Shown here piece by piece: positions 17,813-34,685 of a stretch of DNA of 64,000 nt. Made by a program: the position numbers and the translations under genes. The notes beneath the pieces were generated by a model. It was not told where the DNA came from and ran no database searches. It saw nothing but the letters and a program-made list of their open reading frames with translations. The DNA is from the human T2T-CHM13v2.0 reference genome, Homo sapiens. The stretch is from assembly GCF_009914755.1 (NCBI RefSeq), contig NC_060941.1, one strand, 5' to 3'. How positions within the stretch are numbered: position 1 is the stretch's first letter; every line of letters begins with the position of its first letter.

Positions 17813-18149
17813 TTTAGAAAAATGGAAGTATCAAAAGAAACTGCTAAAAAAGTAAAAAATTCCCTTGGGAATGATATTTGGTGAACAATGGCTAGGTTAA
17901 TTAAAAAAAACAAAACATTTTTTGCTACCAACTTTAAAATACAACATGACCTTTTGTAATAGTGTATGCATGTGATTTTTTAATAAATATAAATACTAAT
18001 CTAAAACAAAAGCTAATTATTTGAGTCATTATGAGAAAAAAAATTACCAATATTTGAATTTAACCTGTCACTTACAGGTGGCTTTTTAAAATTAAAATTA
18101 TCTAGTTTCTCCCATATAAAAAGAATATTTACTTAAATCCTCATATTCT

Positions 18150-18560
18150 CCCAGCCACTGCCCAACCTCTCCCCTCCTTTCACAGCCAGGCTTCTTAGAA
18201 GTATTATCCAGATTGTTCTCTCCAGTTACCAACCTCCTATTCACTCCTCTAAACATTCAACATGGCTTACCCTCCATCTAATCAAGGGACATAAACAACT
18301 TCTACATCACTAAATCACATCAATGTTTCCAGGCCCAGCGAGTTACCTGACTTGGCAGCATGCAAAGTTCCGCTGTTGCTCCCTCCCAGGAACTCTCCCC
18401 TCAGCTTCCATGACTCAAGCTTTCTCTGCTTCCCTTCTAACTCTCCAGCCCTCCTCTCCCCTAACAATCTCATCTATGCTCACGCTTCAATCACCACCAA
18501 TACCCTAGTGACTCACACATTTTCTCTCTCCAGCCAAGACCTCACCTCTGAGCTCCAATT
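18150..18560 (-). mobile_element. L2 fragment
   Basis: ggcagcatg...ctccctcccaggaactctcccctcagcttccatgac...ctctccagccaagacctcacctctgagctcca. Confidence 0.7.
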
Positions 18561-18612
18561 AATATTTCATTGTAAAATTGAAAAAAAAAAAGTGGTTTTT
18601 CAAATTACTCAT

Positions 18613-19031
18613 TTATATAGTATGGATATTTGTTCCCATCAAAATCTCACGTTGAAATGTAATCCCCAGTGTTGGAGGTAGGGCCCAGTGGGAGGTGTCT
18701 GAATCATGGCGGCAGATCCCTCATGAAGGGCTTGGGCCATCCCCTTGATGATAAGTAAGCTTTTGCTCTGAAATCTGGTCTTAAAAGTGTGTGGCACCTC
18801 CCACACGTACACTCACTCTCACTTGCTCCTGATTTCACCATGTGACATCCTGCTCCCCCTTCGCCTTCCACCACGATTGTAGCTTCCTGAGGCCTCCCTA
18901 GAAGCTGAGCAGATGCCAGCACCATGCTTTCTATAAAGCCTGCAGAACCATGAGCCAATTAAACCTCTTTTCTTTATAAATTATCCAGTCTCAGGTATTT
19001 CTTTATAGCAATGCAAGAACGGCCTAATACA
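18613..19031 (+). mobile_element. MSTA/MSTB MaLR solo LTR
   Basis: aaatctcacgttgaaatgtaatccccagtgttggagg...attaaacctcttttctttataaatta...ctaataca; 5-bp TSD ctcat. Confidence 0.92.
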
Positions 19032-22025
19032 CTCATCAACTAACTCCAAGCACCTGCTTCTTCCTCAAAGAGGGGGGAAAAAAAGAAAGAAACTGAAGTT
19101 CTAAGTCTCACTGCTGACGTTTTCACAATTACCTTGGAAAGCTACCTCAAGTTGAAGCTAGTAAGAATACAAAGCTTGATCGCTGAGCCAATTTTCTTGA
19201 AAGCATAATATTCTAGTCCCAACTTTTAAAAGATTTTAAAATATTCTCTGTACTTTCATTTTGTGCAACATTTAAGTTAGACACTGTCTAAAAGATTATT
19301 TAAAACACAGCCAACATTTTTTTAAAATTGGAGAATTGACGGTAACAAGACAGTTTCAAGTTCACAGTATAAAATATAAGTAATACCAATTAAGGAATTT
19401 ACATATTTTCCAGAAAGAAACCAATCCACATATCCCACACGAATTATAAGAGAGAGTCTGGTAATATATAATTTTAATTCACTGAAATTTTATTCCTGTA
19501 GTAAATTTATATGCAACAAATAACCCCCAAAATGTTATTACTTAAAAGACTATGAATAAGAATGACCTGATCACAGAAGAATATGCTTCTTTGAAGATCA
19601 ATATAAAACAACAATTACCTTCCATTTTCCCAGAAAGCAGGAAATACACCCCTCCATAGATGACCTCTATCTGCAAAGCCATAAATCTGCCAGAACCAGA
19701 TACTGATCTTGAGAACCACACACAAAAATATTTTCCCCTCTATTCCATTTTAAAATCTTCTAGTTCTAGTGAAGAAGTAAAAACTGAAACTAAACATGAT
19801 CTAAAATGGTTTCTAAAATCTCCATCTCCAAATATTTTAAGTTCAGCTCAACTCCTGGCAACTAAAAGAATTTTACAAATTTTAACCATGAACTATGTAT
19901 ATTTAAGCACATTTACAACTGTATTCACTATGTAATGTTTTGACTATTTTCACACTATAGCACTTTCCAGGGCCTGTTCCAGCCTATATCATGAAGAGAG
20001 CAAACTCTTCATGAGCCTTGCTCCCTAGAGACACCCATCTTCATGGTCATGAGCAGACACTTAGTGCCCTCTTGTGTTCTTTCCTCTGCATCCTGGGACA
20101 ATTCAGATAAAGCTAATCTTCCCAGAGCACTCAGTCATTCTAATCTTCTCTATTCCATTTCACATGCCTCCCATGTTTGTTGTCTATTAGAAAAATTATA
20201 AATTAATGAGTTAATGTAATAATAGTGCTAATAAATCTGAACTCAATGCATGAATATTCTTAAGAAATACATTTGCAAGTTAACACCTTTCCCAAAGAGA
20301 AAAACTATGGCAAAAATGCAGGACTACATAAAGAAAATATTTGGGAAGTCAGGCTTTTTCTTACTTTATTCCATTTACTAAATGAAATCACATGAAATTT
20401 GCATTTGAATATATTTATAAATGTTTTTCCATCTTGGGCTGAACCACTTTCGAGACTTACAGACAGGTGTAAGTCTCTCTGTAAGTTAAAGGGCGAGTCT
20501 CGATACTTGGGCCACAACAACTATACATGTACCCTACTGAACATAACTTCTTATTCTGCATATCTAGATGCACCACATGTTTGATTATAACCTCCAAAAA
20601 ATAATTTTACATGGAAAAAGCTAAATATAAGCTAGTCGAGTGACGGATTTAGTGTTCATCAGCAACAGCTCTACAGCCCCAAGTGTCAAATGACCTATGC
20701 TAAGTCGACCGAGATTTGAGGGGGCTTTACTCCACTGTTTTCACACCAAGTACACCACGATAACTGAGAAGGTCACACTTCCTATGTAACACACACATGC
20801 TCACTCTACCAACAATATAAGTGAACAAAACAACTTATATCATTAAAGTAAGAACACCTATAGCAAAAATGCTAACTACTCAACTTTCACTTACAAGCTC
20901 AGAGATTAGATTCTGAAGCAAACTATTTATTGATGAATGCATCCTTCAATAAATACCATGTTTTCATTTACAGTGATAGTGATTGTATATATGTAATATT
21001 TTCTCATTAAATACAACCAGATTCTATTTAAAATAATTACTGCTTCTTAATCTTCCAAAGTAAAAATAAAATATGGCATAAAAACCCGTGTTAATGGGTC
21101 ACACCACTTTTTTCCTCTTTTGTTTTTTTAATGGAACTCTAAGATCATTCAAACAGCTTTGGTTATGATTACTGAAGAATTAAATAACATAATTTCATTT
21201 TTCCATGCTTGAGCTCAAGTAGAAATAAAACGTTAGTGACTTATGATTCAAAAGTGCAGTTAGAAATTAATTTATAAACAATTGTATTCAAACAACCTAG
21301 GGCATGACATATTAGTTTGTAAAATGGCAAAACTAAACATTAATTCATATAACAATGAAAGCAAATGGTATAATAAATAACAATTTGATGATTCTTTATT
21401 GTTTTCTGAAGAAAAGGATTTTTATTCCCCCATATCCTATATTTAAGTACATTTCATGTCCATATATACTCAGAGGACCTTTCTATATCAACCTTAAATT
21501 TTCTTTGACACTTTGTCTCTTAAATGGTAGCAAAAGTTGTTAAATACCAGTCAAGTACATTTTGTTGCAGAAATCATTTCAGTATTTCATGTTTATCTAA
21601 TGTGTAGCTTCTATGAAATTACCTGCATGATCACAGCCAAAATTTTATTTTCATAAAGAACTGTCCACTGCATGACTAATCTGCCATGCAAAATATGTTA
21701 GAATTTTTACTGAACTAGATTTAATTTAAGTTATCATATTTATATTATTTCATCATACTAGCTTTTAGAGGTACATATCAAAATCTACTCAGGTTGAAAC
21801 AATACACACAAAACTTAAAAAAGGATGTCTTTCTCTTACTTAATGTTTAAGAAATGAATAGTCAAAGATTTTTACATTTTTCCTTAATTTAAACAGTTTC
21901 TTCAAAAGACATAACCTCTAAATGTCAATGCATAAAGACTTTGGTATTTCCAAAGTTACTAAAATCTTTACAGACACCTTTTCTTAAGAATAATAAAGTA
22001 TGATACAGATACATAATAAGCCTTA

Positions 22026-22187
<162 letters not shown>

Positions 22188-22670
22188 TCAAGCAGTATAA
22201 TACCAAAAAAAAAAGCAGTGGCCATCCTAATATTATACAATTCCCTTACCCTACTCAGTAATCCCTAGCATTATTCAGTGATACCTTTAGGAAATTACAC
22301 TACTCTTTAAGTTAAAAAGGAAGTACCCCAAAATTATTTTTAAGTCTATCATATAAAATATACACATATATTTAAACCCAAGTCTTCTGGCTCTAATAGA
22401 TACCACAATTCCATAGCAAACTTGTTCTGATGGCTATTTAAAAACTATTTTAAAACTTACTGTCTATACTACCAATTCTAAAAACAGTATGTTTTAAGAG
22501 AATTCAAATTTTTAGTGCTCTGGGGTTTGGATTTACGGCTTTTCCTTTTCTCTTTTTTTCATGTTTAAGAGCTGCATCAAAACTGTCTTGCTAGCCCTCA
22601 TTGTGTATTTAAAACAAGAACAGAGGTAGTATCCTACCAGGGAAATATGAGCACGCTTCCCACCCTCTCA

Positions 22671-22868
<198 letters not shown>

Positions 22869-23862
22869 TTATGTTAAACACATGCATCTCGTTAATAAAT
22901 AGAACATAACACACGAGTATCGTGAATTTCAGTGATCCATTAAAACCACTGAAATAGCATAGCATCTATAAAAACAAATGCTTATTCTAAAGCTACTTTT
23001 TATAAAGTTACCCAACAGAGTCAGTGTAGAGTGTTTTAACGTGTAAATCAAAATTAATTTTATCTTGTCCTACACTACGTACAAAAAGATTTTGGTAACT
23101 AATCTAAGGAAATCACATACTTCGAATCTAGCTGCTGCCAGGTCTTTAAGTAGAAATGGCAATGTTTCAAAAATGTAATTTCCCTCTGTTACAAAAAAGC
23201 ATCAGAAAACTTTTTACTGATATTAATTAAGTAGTAGGTTTTTTTGCATAACAAATGAAATGCAATAGGGAAACTATCTGAATTTCAAATTCTAATTATT
23301 TAAAAGATCTGTTGGTAAGGTTTAAAACAAGAGGAAAAGAACAAATCTGTATGTCCCTGGTTAAGAGATCCTAATTTTTACAAAGATCTTAATGTAGAAA
23401 ATATTAAGTTTTTTAAAAAGGCATAAAAAGCCAAACAAAATAAAATGTTTTTTAATATTTTTGCACACACACACAAATAATACACATATTATATTGGTCA
23501 AAGTAGAGAACACCTGTCACAGTCGCACAGATGGCTACTGTAATGAGATCTATCTTACTAGTGTCCCTTCTATGACTTGGCTAAGTTTTGAAGATTTAAA
23601 TGGACAGCAGATACTGAAACACATCAAACTGAGTGGAGAATCAACAGCATTCTTTCTCACAACTACCGTTAAAATACTATACGTCACAACAACTATGGTA
23701 AAAATGAGAGGGATGTGAATCAAAATAGTAAGGGTGTGTAAAGAAACTCTTAGAAAATTTAAAATAAAAGTGCCTGCAAAATAACCCTCAAATAGAGGAC
23801 AGAGTTTAGACAGGAAAATTCTCTCTGTGAGGCTATATTGTACTTAAATCAGAAGGTGGTTA

Positions 23863-24048
<186 letters not shown>

Positions 24049-24394
24049 TTATGACATATAATCTCAAACCAACAAAATTCTCCTTAAAAAATGTAAAACC
24101 TTAGAAAACAAACTTTGACCATGTAATCATGCCAATATTTTTTCTGAAATTTGCCATTTGCTAAATCTCAAACATTTTATTTCAGAGTCCCTCAGCATTA
24201 ACCGGCTTATTTATTCATAATTCTGCCAGTATCCAGCAATTTTCCATCTTCTATAAATGAAAAAACTGCTTCAGGTGATGGCTAAGTCCAGATCTAATGT
24301 ATGTAGCATTAGATGAAATGGTTACCCTAAAACCATCCGAGGAGCCTTCTCCCCTGCCTTACTCTACTGTTGAGCCTAGCCAGCTCTAATGCTC

Positions 24395-24810
24395 CATCTC
24401 CCAGCCTCCTTTGCTACAGACCCAATTCTGATCAATTAGATGCAGGAAGAAGTCCTGAGAAGGACTTCTATACCCAATAAAATAAAAGCAAAGCCTTGCT
24501 TATTGTTAATTTTTTTTTTTTTTTTAACTAAAGAAAGGCCTTCTTGCTCTTCACTTCCTTCCACAGCTGACCAGGAAAAGTAAATAAACTACAGCAGCCA
24601 TCTTATATTTTGCATGAGGCAAAACACATCAGGAAGAAAATGAACATGCCCTACATAGTAGAGGAGGGTGAGGTGTCTGTCCATGATGGCCCTGCAGAGC
24701 TCCTGCACAGCCCTGGACCACATATCTCTAGGCTGATAACTCCACCTTTTAAAGCCACAATCAGTTCAGTAAACTGCTACTTCAATCTATACCTGACCAC
24801 TGTGATTCTA
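24395..24810. mobile_element. MLT1-like MaLR LTR fragment, followed by a MIR (to ~24970)
   Basis: tcccagcctcctttgc...cagcagccatctt...cagccctggacca...tttaaagccac. Confidence 0.55.
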
Positions 24811-25162
24811 TGATACCTGCCCCCAATGGTTCCTTTATCTGTGCATGAAGATAATGACATTTGCATCAGATGGTTATTTTAAAGATCAAGTGAGATAATA
24901 CATGTAAAGCTGTTTAGAAAAATAATTGAGCAACAAAAGCTCAATTAAGGTTAGCTTGTTACTACAATATTTTATAGAGATTACAGAAAAATGAGATATT
25001 ACTTGACTAGTACATGCTTTCAAAGCAAAAAGTTCTTAAAACATCCTTTCATCTTTCAAATCTGAGGACTTTAATGAACTTAAGAATGAGACAGATATCA
25101 TGATAAACATTTATAGAAAGCCAATGAGTGGAACAACTTGTATTTATTTATCAAATTCTTAG

Positions 25163-25480
<318 letters not shown>

Positions 25481-26224
25481 TATTTATTTCTTTATGTATA
25501 GAGATGGGGTCTATGTTGCTGAGGCTGGACTCTAACTCCTGAACTTAAGCAATCCTCCCACCTCGGCCTCCCCAAGTGCTGGGATTACAGGTGTGAGCCC
25601 ATTACCATTACAACTAATAGTTTCTCAGTATGTTCCTAGACCCAGATACCTTTTAATTGCTATTTAAATTACAGTGGTATAAAAATCTTTTCCTGCTTGA
25701 AAGTTTGCTTACTTTTGCAGTTAAAACTTACAGTCAGTAGTATTTAAATATACTACATCATATACAATGTAATTTTCAGAAGTGAGCATATCAAGAAAAA
25801 TGCCTAAAAGCTTACTGGTATGGCCTTACAATTGAAACTTTTCTTCTTTAAACTCGAAATTCTTATGAACTTAAATGTGCCGAATATGAATAATATGTAA
25901 AACCCTGTTGGTATTCAAAGAAAAATAAGACGCAGTCTCTTCCTGTACAAAGCTCAGAGTTTACCCAGAAAAACTGTCTAGAAATGTTCACGAATTAATT
26001 GATAAACTGAGAGAAATTATGCTTGAAAACACAAAACTGAGCCTAGCGCATGTCAGGCACTCAATAAATAGTTGTTAAAATATTGACATGGAAGGGTCAG
26101 GTTCATCTGCTTGAGGAAGAGAGCATATGAGCTGGACTCAATCTTAAAGGATAGAGAGATCTTCAGTGAATTAACATTGGGCAAAGATTATATGAGAGAC
26201 AGAAAATCACTTAAAGAGGAGGCA

Positions 26225-26405
26225 AGGCTGCAGGAAGGGGGAAATGAGTTGTCCGATGGGTGTATAGTATCAGTTCTGCAAGACGAAAAAGTTCTGGAGA
26301 TTGCACAACAGTGTGACTATATTTAACACTATGGAATTGTACACTTAAAATGGTAAAGAGGGTACATTTATGTTATGTGGATTTTACCACAATTAAAAAC
26401 TTTTT
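26225..26405 (+). mobile_element. L1MB-like 3' end
   Basis: gaaaaagttctggagatt...gaattgtacacttaaaatggt...ttttaccacaattaaaaa. Confidence 0.85.
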
Positions 26406-27079
26406 AAAAAGAATAACATAAAGATAAGGAGGCAAATAAGTACAGGGCAAATTAAACAAACTTCAAGGTAATTCAACATTGCTAAAACATGAGAGTTTAG
26501 AGGGAGAAAAGGAGTGTCAAGTAGAAAAAAGTAGAAGAAATCTGAAAGGATACTGCTGGAAAGCACAGTCAACGAGGCCATACACAGGCGCTTTGGCTTA
26601 GACTGCTCACCCTTTATCTACATATCAAGGAGAAGCCATCAGATTTGTGAGCAGTGAAATGACATGATTATTTTAGAAAACTAACTCTGGGAGAAATATT
26701 TGTGATGAGCCAGAAAACAGGGCCACAGACAACAGGACAAAAGGCCAACTAGAAAGCTACTGAAATAGTCCGGGTCTAAAAGCAGCACTGGCTCTGAGAA
26801 TGAAAAGAAAAGGAAGCATGAAGAGGAGCTGAATCCGAAGAGAACTGGGAGATGTCACTGGATTTTTACAATCAGTAGATCACCAATCACTTTCAGGATA
26901 GTACACAAGAGGAAAACAGAGGTTACAGAGTGAATAAGAAAGAATACTGGAAACACGCAGACTATTCCCTCTCAAGAATTTTGGCACTAAAAAGAACAGA
27001 GGGGACTGCACAGTAAGAGTAAGCAAAACAAGGGAGAAATGACTGAGGTTTTGTGTTGTAACGCATATTTCGTGTTGTT

Positions 27080-27340
27080 CTGTTTTTAGGACCAGAAGAA
27101 ATGGAATGTGAGGGGAAGTGATATATACCACTCCTAGGCCTGGCCCATAAAAGCTTCCCACGTGACCCTCCGTGCTCACTCTTCCCCTGTCGGCCAGCTG
27201 AACGTCAACACCCAGGGTGACCCTGGAAACCACTTACTAAAGATCCCAGAGGCTCCATTAGTCTTGGAAAGGGCCATCCTACCATGATTGAATTGACACA
27301 GTGATAAATAAACTTCTATTTTGTAGAGCCACTGAGATTA
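27080..27340 (+). mobile_element. MLT1 MaLR LTR fragment within L2-derived sequence
   Basis: aatggaatgtgaggggaagtgat...ggtgaccctggaaaccac...aaataaacttctattttgt...gccactgagatt. Confidence 0.7.
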
Positions 27341-27634
27341 AAAAAGAAACAAAGGTGTTGTGAGTTGAGCATGGGCAGGTGCTAAGGGCATAAAACCCAG
27401 TGAAGAGATGAAAAGACAGATGCAGGCATACAGCTCTCACTGTCATCCATGCTTATAACAAAATGGAAGTACCTTCTTCATTACATGTAAAGACATCCCA
27501 AAAAAATTTAAGCAGAACAATATTTATACGACCATTAACTGGAGAGCAGTTTCTGAAGTAGTTTCTTCTATCGTACTTCATCCATTTTGATAATTTCTAA
27601 AAATCTCTCCTATCTTTAAAAATTATTTTAAATT

Positions 27635-27930
27635 AGGACATGTGTAGTAGCTCACATCCCAGAACTCTGGCAAGATAAGGCAGGAAGGTCTCTTGAGGCC
27701 AGGATTTCGAGACCAGCATGGACAAGACAGCAAGAACCTTGTCTACAAAAATAAATTTTTTTTAATCAGCCAGACACAGTGGCATGTGTCTATAATCCTA
27801 GCTACTCAGAGGCTGAGGCAGGAGAGTTGCTTGAGCCCGGGAGTTCAAGGCTGTAATGAGCAATGATCATGCCACTACACTTCAGCCTGCATGACAGAGC
27901 AAGACCCCAACTCTAAATAAATAAATAAAA
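27635..27930 (+). mobile_element. Alu (AluJ-like)
   Basis: Diverged dimer; TSD aaaaattattttaaatta. Confidence 0.93.
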
Positions 27931-28234
27931 ATTATTTTAAATTAACTACTGGAACCACTTTAGAAAGGCCCTAATTTCCCCATTCAACTTCTACTTGGAA
28001 ATATTCCTAAATTGCTTGGCATCCTATCAAATTAAGGCTGTTGAGAAAAGCAGTAGAATTCATTTAGACTCTGAGAAAAAGTAATGATGAACCTCAAATG
28101 TTTCATTTTAAGTGTTCTTTTACTCTCCTTTCTAAACCAATATCTCCTGAAAAGCAAAGGCAAACTTTCTTATAAAAGTATGCTTGAGTTATTTGATACA
28201 GATATTCAATTTAATATTAACCTAACTTCCTTTA

Positions 28235-28408
<174 letters not shown>

Positions 28409-28539
28409 TTAAAAACTGCATGAAAGCAAACATCAATGCTGGCAGCTCACTAGAATACTTTGGGAGGAATCTGTTTGGGACAGTAAGTTTAGAGATTCTT
28501 TTAAAGTATAATCATAGTCTAATCATAATTATGATGAAT

Positions 28540-28720
28540 AATATTTGCTTTGTTCATTTATAACCAGGCACTGTAACAAGTACTTTACTATGGATTATCT
28601 CATTTAATAGTACCAATGATATATATATACTATTATTAACATCATTTTACATATTAAGAAATTGACATATTTGTAAGTTACCTAATCTCTAGTTAAAGGC
28701 TACTTTATTCTACCATTCCC
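28540..28720 (-). mobile_element. MIR fragment
   Basis: ccaggcactgtaacaagtacttta...tatctcatttaat...cattttacatattaagaaattga. Confidence 0.7.
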
Positions 28721-29220
28721 ATGAAAATACTTTTGCAAAAGATCAGAACATGTGAAGTATCCAGTCGTGAGAGATGATTAGCCCTGATACTCTATCAATT
28801 TACAATTAATAAATAATGTTCACCAAGTTTTATGTTTAAAAAGAGAAAAGATTAGTCTTCCAGTTAAATATGGCAGACTGAAGACATAATTCACCTAAAA
28901 ACCCATAAAGATAGAACAGGAACAGATACAACTGCAGATGAGAGATGTCCCAGGAGGTAGCTTACATAGTTTCTTTTCATCTTTTCTTCCATTGCTGATT
29001 TAAAACTCTAATCAGAAAGCTCAACCTTGTATAACACTGGAACATTCTAAATGTTACTTATATTTAAAAGAATCACTTTTCTCTGGGAGTTACTACAGGT
29101 GCAATTTTCAACCCACCACTGTAGACTTCAAAGTCAGCTTTGCTTTTGTTTACGGCAGAAGAAAAACTAAACCAGAGGAAGACTACGAGCTGATAATGAG
29201 GCTACAGACCACTATGGTTA

Positions 29221-29613
<393 letters not shown>

Positions 29614-29759
29614 TCAAAAATATATAAAAACTAGAAGAGTGAAACAAAGTAAATCAAATATAAACATACCAAAAATTAAACCATTATATCAATTCCACTT
29701 CATTGAGCTAAAAACTGTATTTTTCTGCCTTTAATACAAGCTGGAAACAACAAAAAAAA

Positions 29760-30076
<317 letters not shown>

Positions 30077-30587
30077 TGAATAAACTCCCATGTAAGTTAC
30101 ATAAAGATACAAGCTAAGTTGTGTTGAAGAATATGCACATTCAAAAAACACCTGAGTATTTAAAATGAAACTAAATGTTGTTTTTTAAGTAACATGAAAT
30201 ATTATATACTAATTAATATAAAAGTCTGAACACACCACTGGGACAATAAAGACTTTAAAATCACCTGGAACCAGAAGGAAACACATTGCATTGAAAATTA
30301 CAATGGACTTTAAACCAATTACTTTCCAAGTAGATCTTACCAGCAGATTCTAGCCATAAAATATCTCTTTCAATAATGTTAATGAATAACATTTAAAATA
30401 AATTTTCATTCATGGCTACATGGAGGCAGGTCTCATGCAGGAATTATGGCAAGAGAAGTTAAGGCCTATCTTATCAGACAATGGTTGGTATACTCCCTCA
30501 CACTTCCATGTGTGCACGTGAGTATGAGAGAGTATGTGTAAAGGCAGCACAGAGAATCAAGATTAATTTACACAGTCAAGAAATATG

Positions 30588-30892
30588 GAGCCGGACATGG
30601 TGGCTCACGCCTGTAATCCTAGCACTATGGGAGGCTAAGGCGGGCAGATCACCTGAGGGGGGCAGTTCAAGACCAGCCTGGCCAACATGGTGAAACCCTG
30701 CATCTACTAAAAATACAAAAATTAGCCAGGTGTGGTGGCAGGCACTTGTAATCCCAGCTACTCAGGAGGCTGAGGCAGGAAAATCACTTGAACCCAGGAG
30801 GTGGAGGTTGCAGTAAGCCAATTATCACATCACTGCACTCCAGCCTGGGCAACAGAGTGAGACTCTGTCCCCAAATTAAAAAAAAAGAAAGA
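30588..30892 (+). mobile_element. Alu (AluSx-like)
   Basis: Full dimer; agaaatatg on both flanks. Confidence 0.95.
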
Positions 30893-31019
30893 GAAATATG
30901 AAGTGAAAGAAAGATGTAAACTAATTAACAGTTCTCCTTTGCTGTTCTGAAATGGTGCTGTAAGAGGTAAGACAACATGGTAAGAAATGGTGGCAACATT
31001 TTCTCCTTTTTCTTAGGTT

Positions 31020-32093
31020 TGTCTTAGTCTGTTTTGTGTTGCCGTAACAGAATACCTGAGACTGGATAATTTATAAAGAACAGAGATTTATTTCTTACAG
31101 CTCTGGAGAATAGAAAGTCTAAGATCAAGGGGCTGGCATATGGTGATGGTCTTCAGGCTGCATCATCCCATGGTGGAAGGCAGAAGGGCACGAAAGTGTG
31201 AGCAAAAGCAATGGCAAGAGAGGACTGAATTCACTCTTCTAACAGCCCACTCTCATGATAAGGAGCCCATTCCTGTATAATCACATTATCCACTCATGAG
31301 GGTGGAATCCTCATGGCCTAATCACCTTTTAAGAGTCCCACCTCTTAATACTGTCCCAATGGCAATTACATTTCAACATTAGTTTTGGAGGGGACATTCA
31401 AACTACAGCATTCTGCCCATAGCCTCCAAATGCATGTTCTTCTCACATACAGAATACATTCATTCCATCCCAATAGCCCCTAAAAGTTTTAACTCTTTCC
31501 AGGATCAACTCTAAAGTCCAAGTCCAGAGTGTGAACTAAATCAGATACGGATAAGACTCAAGGCACAATTCATCCTGATTCAAATTCCTCTCCAGTTGTG
31601 CCTGTGAAATTAACGAGTTACATGCTTCCAAAATACAATGGTGGGACAAGCACAGGATAAACATTCCCATTCCCAAAGGGAAAACTAGGCAAGAAGAAAG
31701 GAATAAGTGGTTCCAAGTAAGTCCAAAATCCAAAAGGGAAAACAACATTAAGTCTTAAAGCTGAAGAATAATCTCCTTTGCTTCCACATCCCACATCCTG
31801 ACACACTGGAACAGCAGTTGGGCCCCCAAGGCCTCAGGCAGCCTGGCTTCTTTGGCTTTGCTGGGCTCAGTCCCCCAAGAAGCTCTCACAGATTGAAAGT
31901 CTTATATAGCTTTCCCAGACGAGAGCTGCATAATGCTGACCCTTCAGTTCTGGAGTCTCAGGATCTAGCCCACTCCCAGGGCTCCATTAAGCACTGTCCT
32001 AGTGGGGACTCTGCACAGTGGCTCTGCCTCTGCACCAAGTCTCCGCCTGGGCCCTCAGACTGTTCAATACATCCTTTGAAGTCTATGTGGAGT
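31020..32093 (-). mobile_element. MST-family MaLR LTR (31020-~31410) plus adjacent internal sequence, truncated
   Basis: tgtcttagtctgttttgtgttgc...gacattcaaactacagca, then internal-type text (ttcattccatcccaatagcccc...cttccaaaatacaatggtgggaca). Confidence 0.85.
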
Positions 32094-32621
32094 GACCATT
32101 CTGGCCAACCTGGTGAAACCCCGTCTCTACTAAAAATACAAAAATTAGCTGGGCGTGGTGGCACATGCCTGTAATCCCGGCTACTTGGGAGGCTGAGGCA
32201 AAAGAATTGCTTGAACCAGGAGGCGGAGGTTGCAGTGAGCTGAGATCGCGCCACTGCACTCCAGCCTGGGCAACAGAGCGAGATTCTGTCTCTAAACTAA
32301 ATAAATAAATAAATAGAACAGGAGGCCAGGCATGGGGGCTCACACCTGTAATCCCAGCACTTTGGGAGGCCGAGGCGGGAAGATCACTTGAGGTCAGGAG
32401 TTCAAGACCAGCCTAGCCAACATGGTGAAACCCTGTCTCTACTAAAAACACAAAAATTACCTGGGCGTGATGGCCCGGCCTGTAGTCCATAGCTACAAGG
32501 GAGGCTGAGGAAGGAGAATCACTTAAACCCAGGAGGTAGAGGCTGCAATGACCTGAGATAGCGACACCGCACTCCAGCCTCAGTGACAGAGTGAGACTCC
32601 ATCTCAAAAAAAAAAAAAAAA
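32094..32621 (+). mobile_element. Two tandem Alus (5'-truncated 32094-32315; full-length 32323-32621)
   Basis: Alu consensus with separate A-tails. Confidence 0.94.
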
Positions 32622-32849
32622 GAGCAGGAACCCTTACTTATTTCATGCTTTCTCAAATGAAGTTAAAATTTTACTTTCCTTTTACTACCTATATAATATG
32701 CAGAGTTTAGGGGTCATTAAAACTTTCTCAGAGGGAGGAGATTACTTATAGTGCAAGAAATTCTTGATTCACAAAGAATCATAGCAAAAAGAATCTTTTT
32801 GCTAAGATGATGTACAGTTTTTTTTTTTTTTCACTATACAGTCAATGTC

Positions 32850-34240
<1,391 letters not shown>

Positions 34241-34384
34241 AATTAATTTTATGTTTTTCTAATAATCTGATTTTTTCCCAAGCACCATATTCCCACTTTA
34301 GCCACTTTATATTATTTCCTAACATATTCTTGAAATCCTGTCATATATTTCTCAACTATCTTAGGCCACATATATTTTTTAATA

Positions 34385-34685
34385 GTTTTTTGTTTTGTTT
34401 TGTTTTTTGAGACAGGGTCTCACTGTCACCCAGGCTGGAGTGCAGTAGCACAATCTTAGCTCACTGCAGCCTTGACCTCCTGAGCTCAAGCGATCCTCCC
34501 CTCAGCCTCCTGAGTAGCAGGGACCACAGGTGCACACCATCACGCCCAGCTAATTTTTGTATTTTTTGTAGAGATGGGGTCTCGCCATGTTGCCGAGGCT
34601 GGTCTCAAACTCCTGGGCTCAAAAGACCTGCCCACCTGGGCCTCCCGAAGTGCTAAGATTATAGGTGTGAGCCACTGCGCCCAGG
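34385..34685 (-). mobile_element. Alu (AluJ-like)
   Basis: Reverse-complement dimer; cttaggcca(c/t)atat flanks. Confidence 0.95.
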
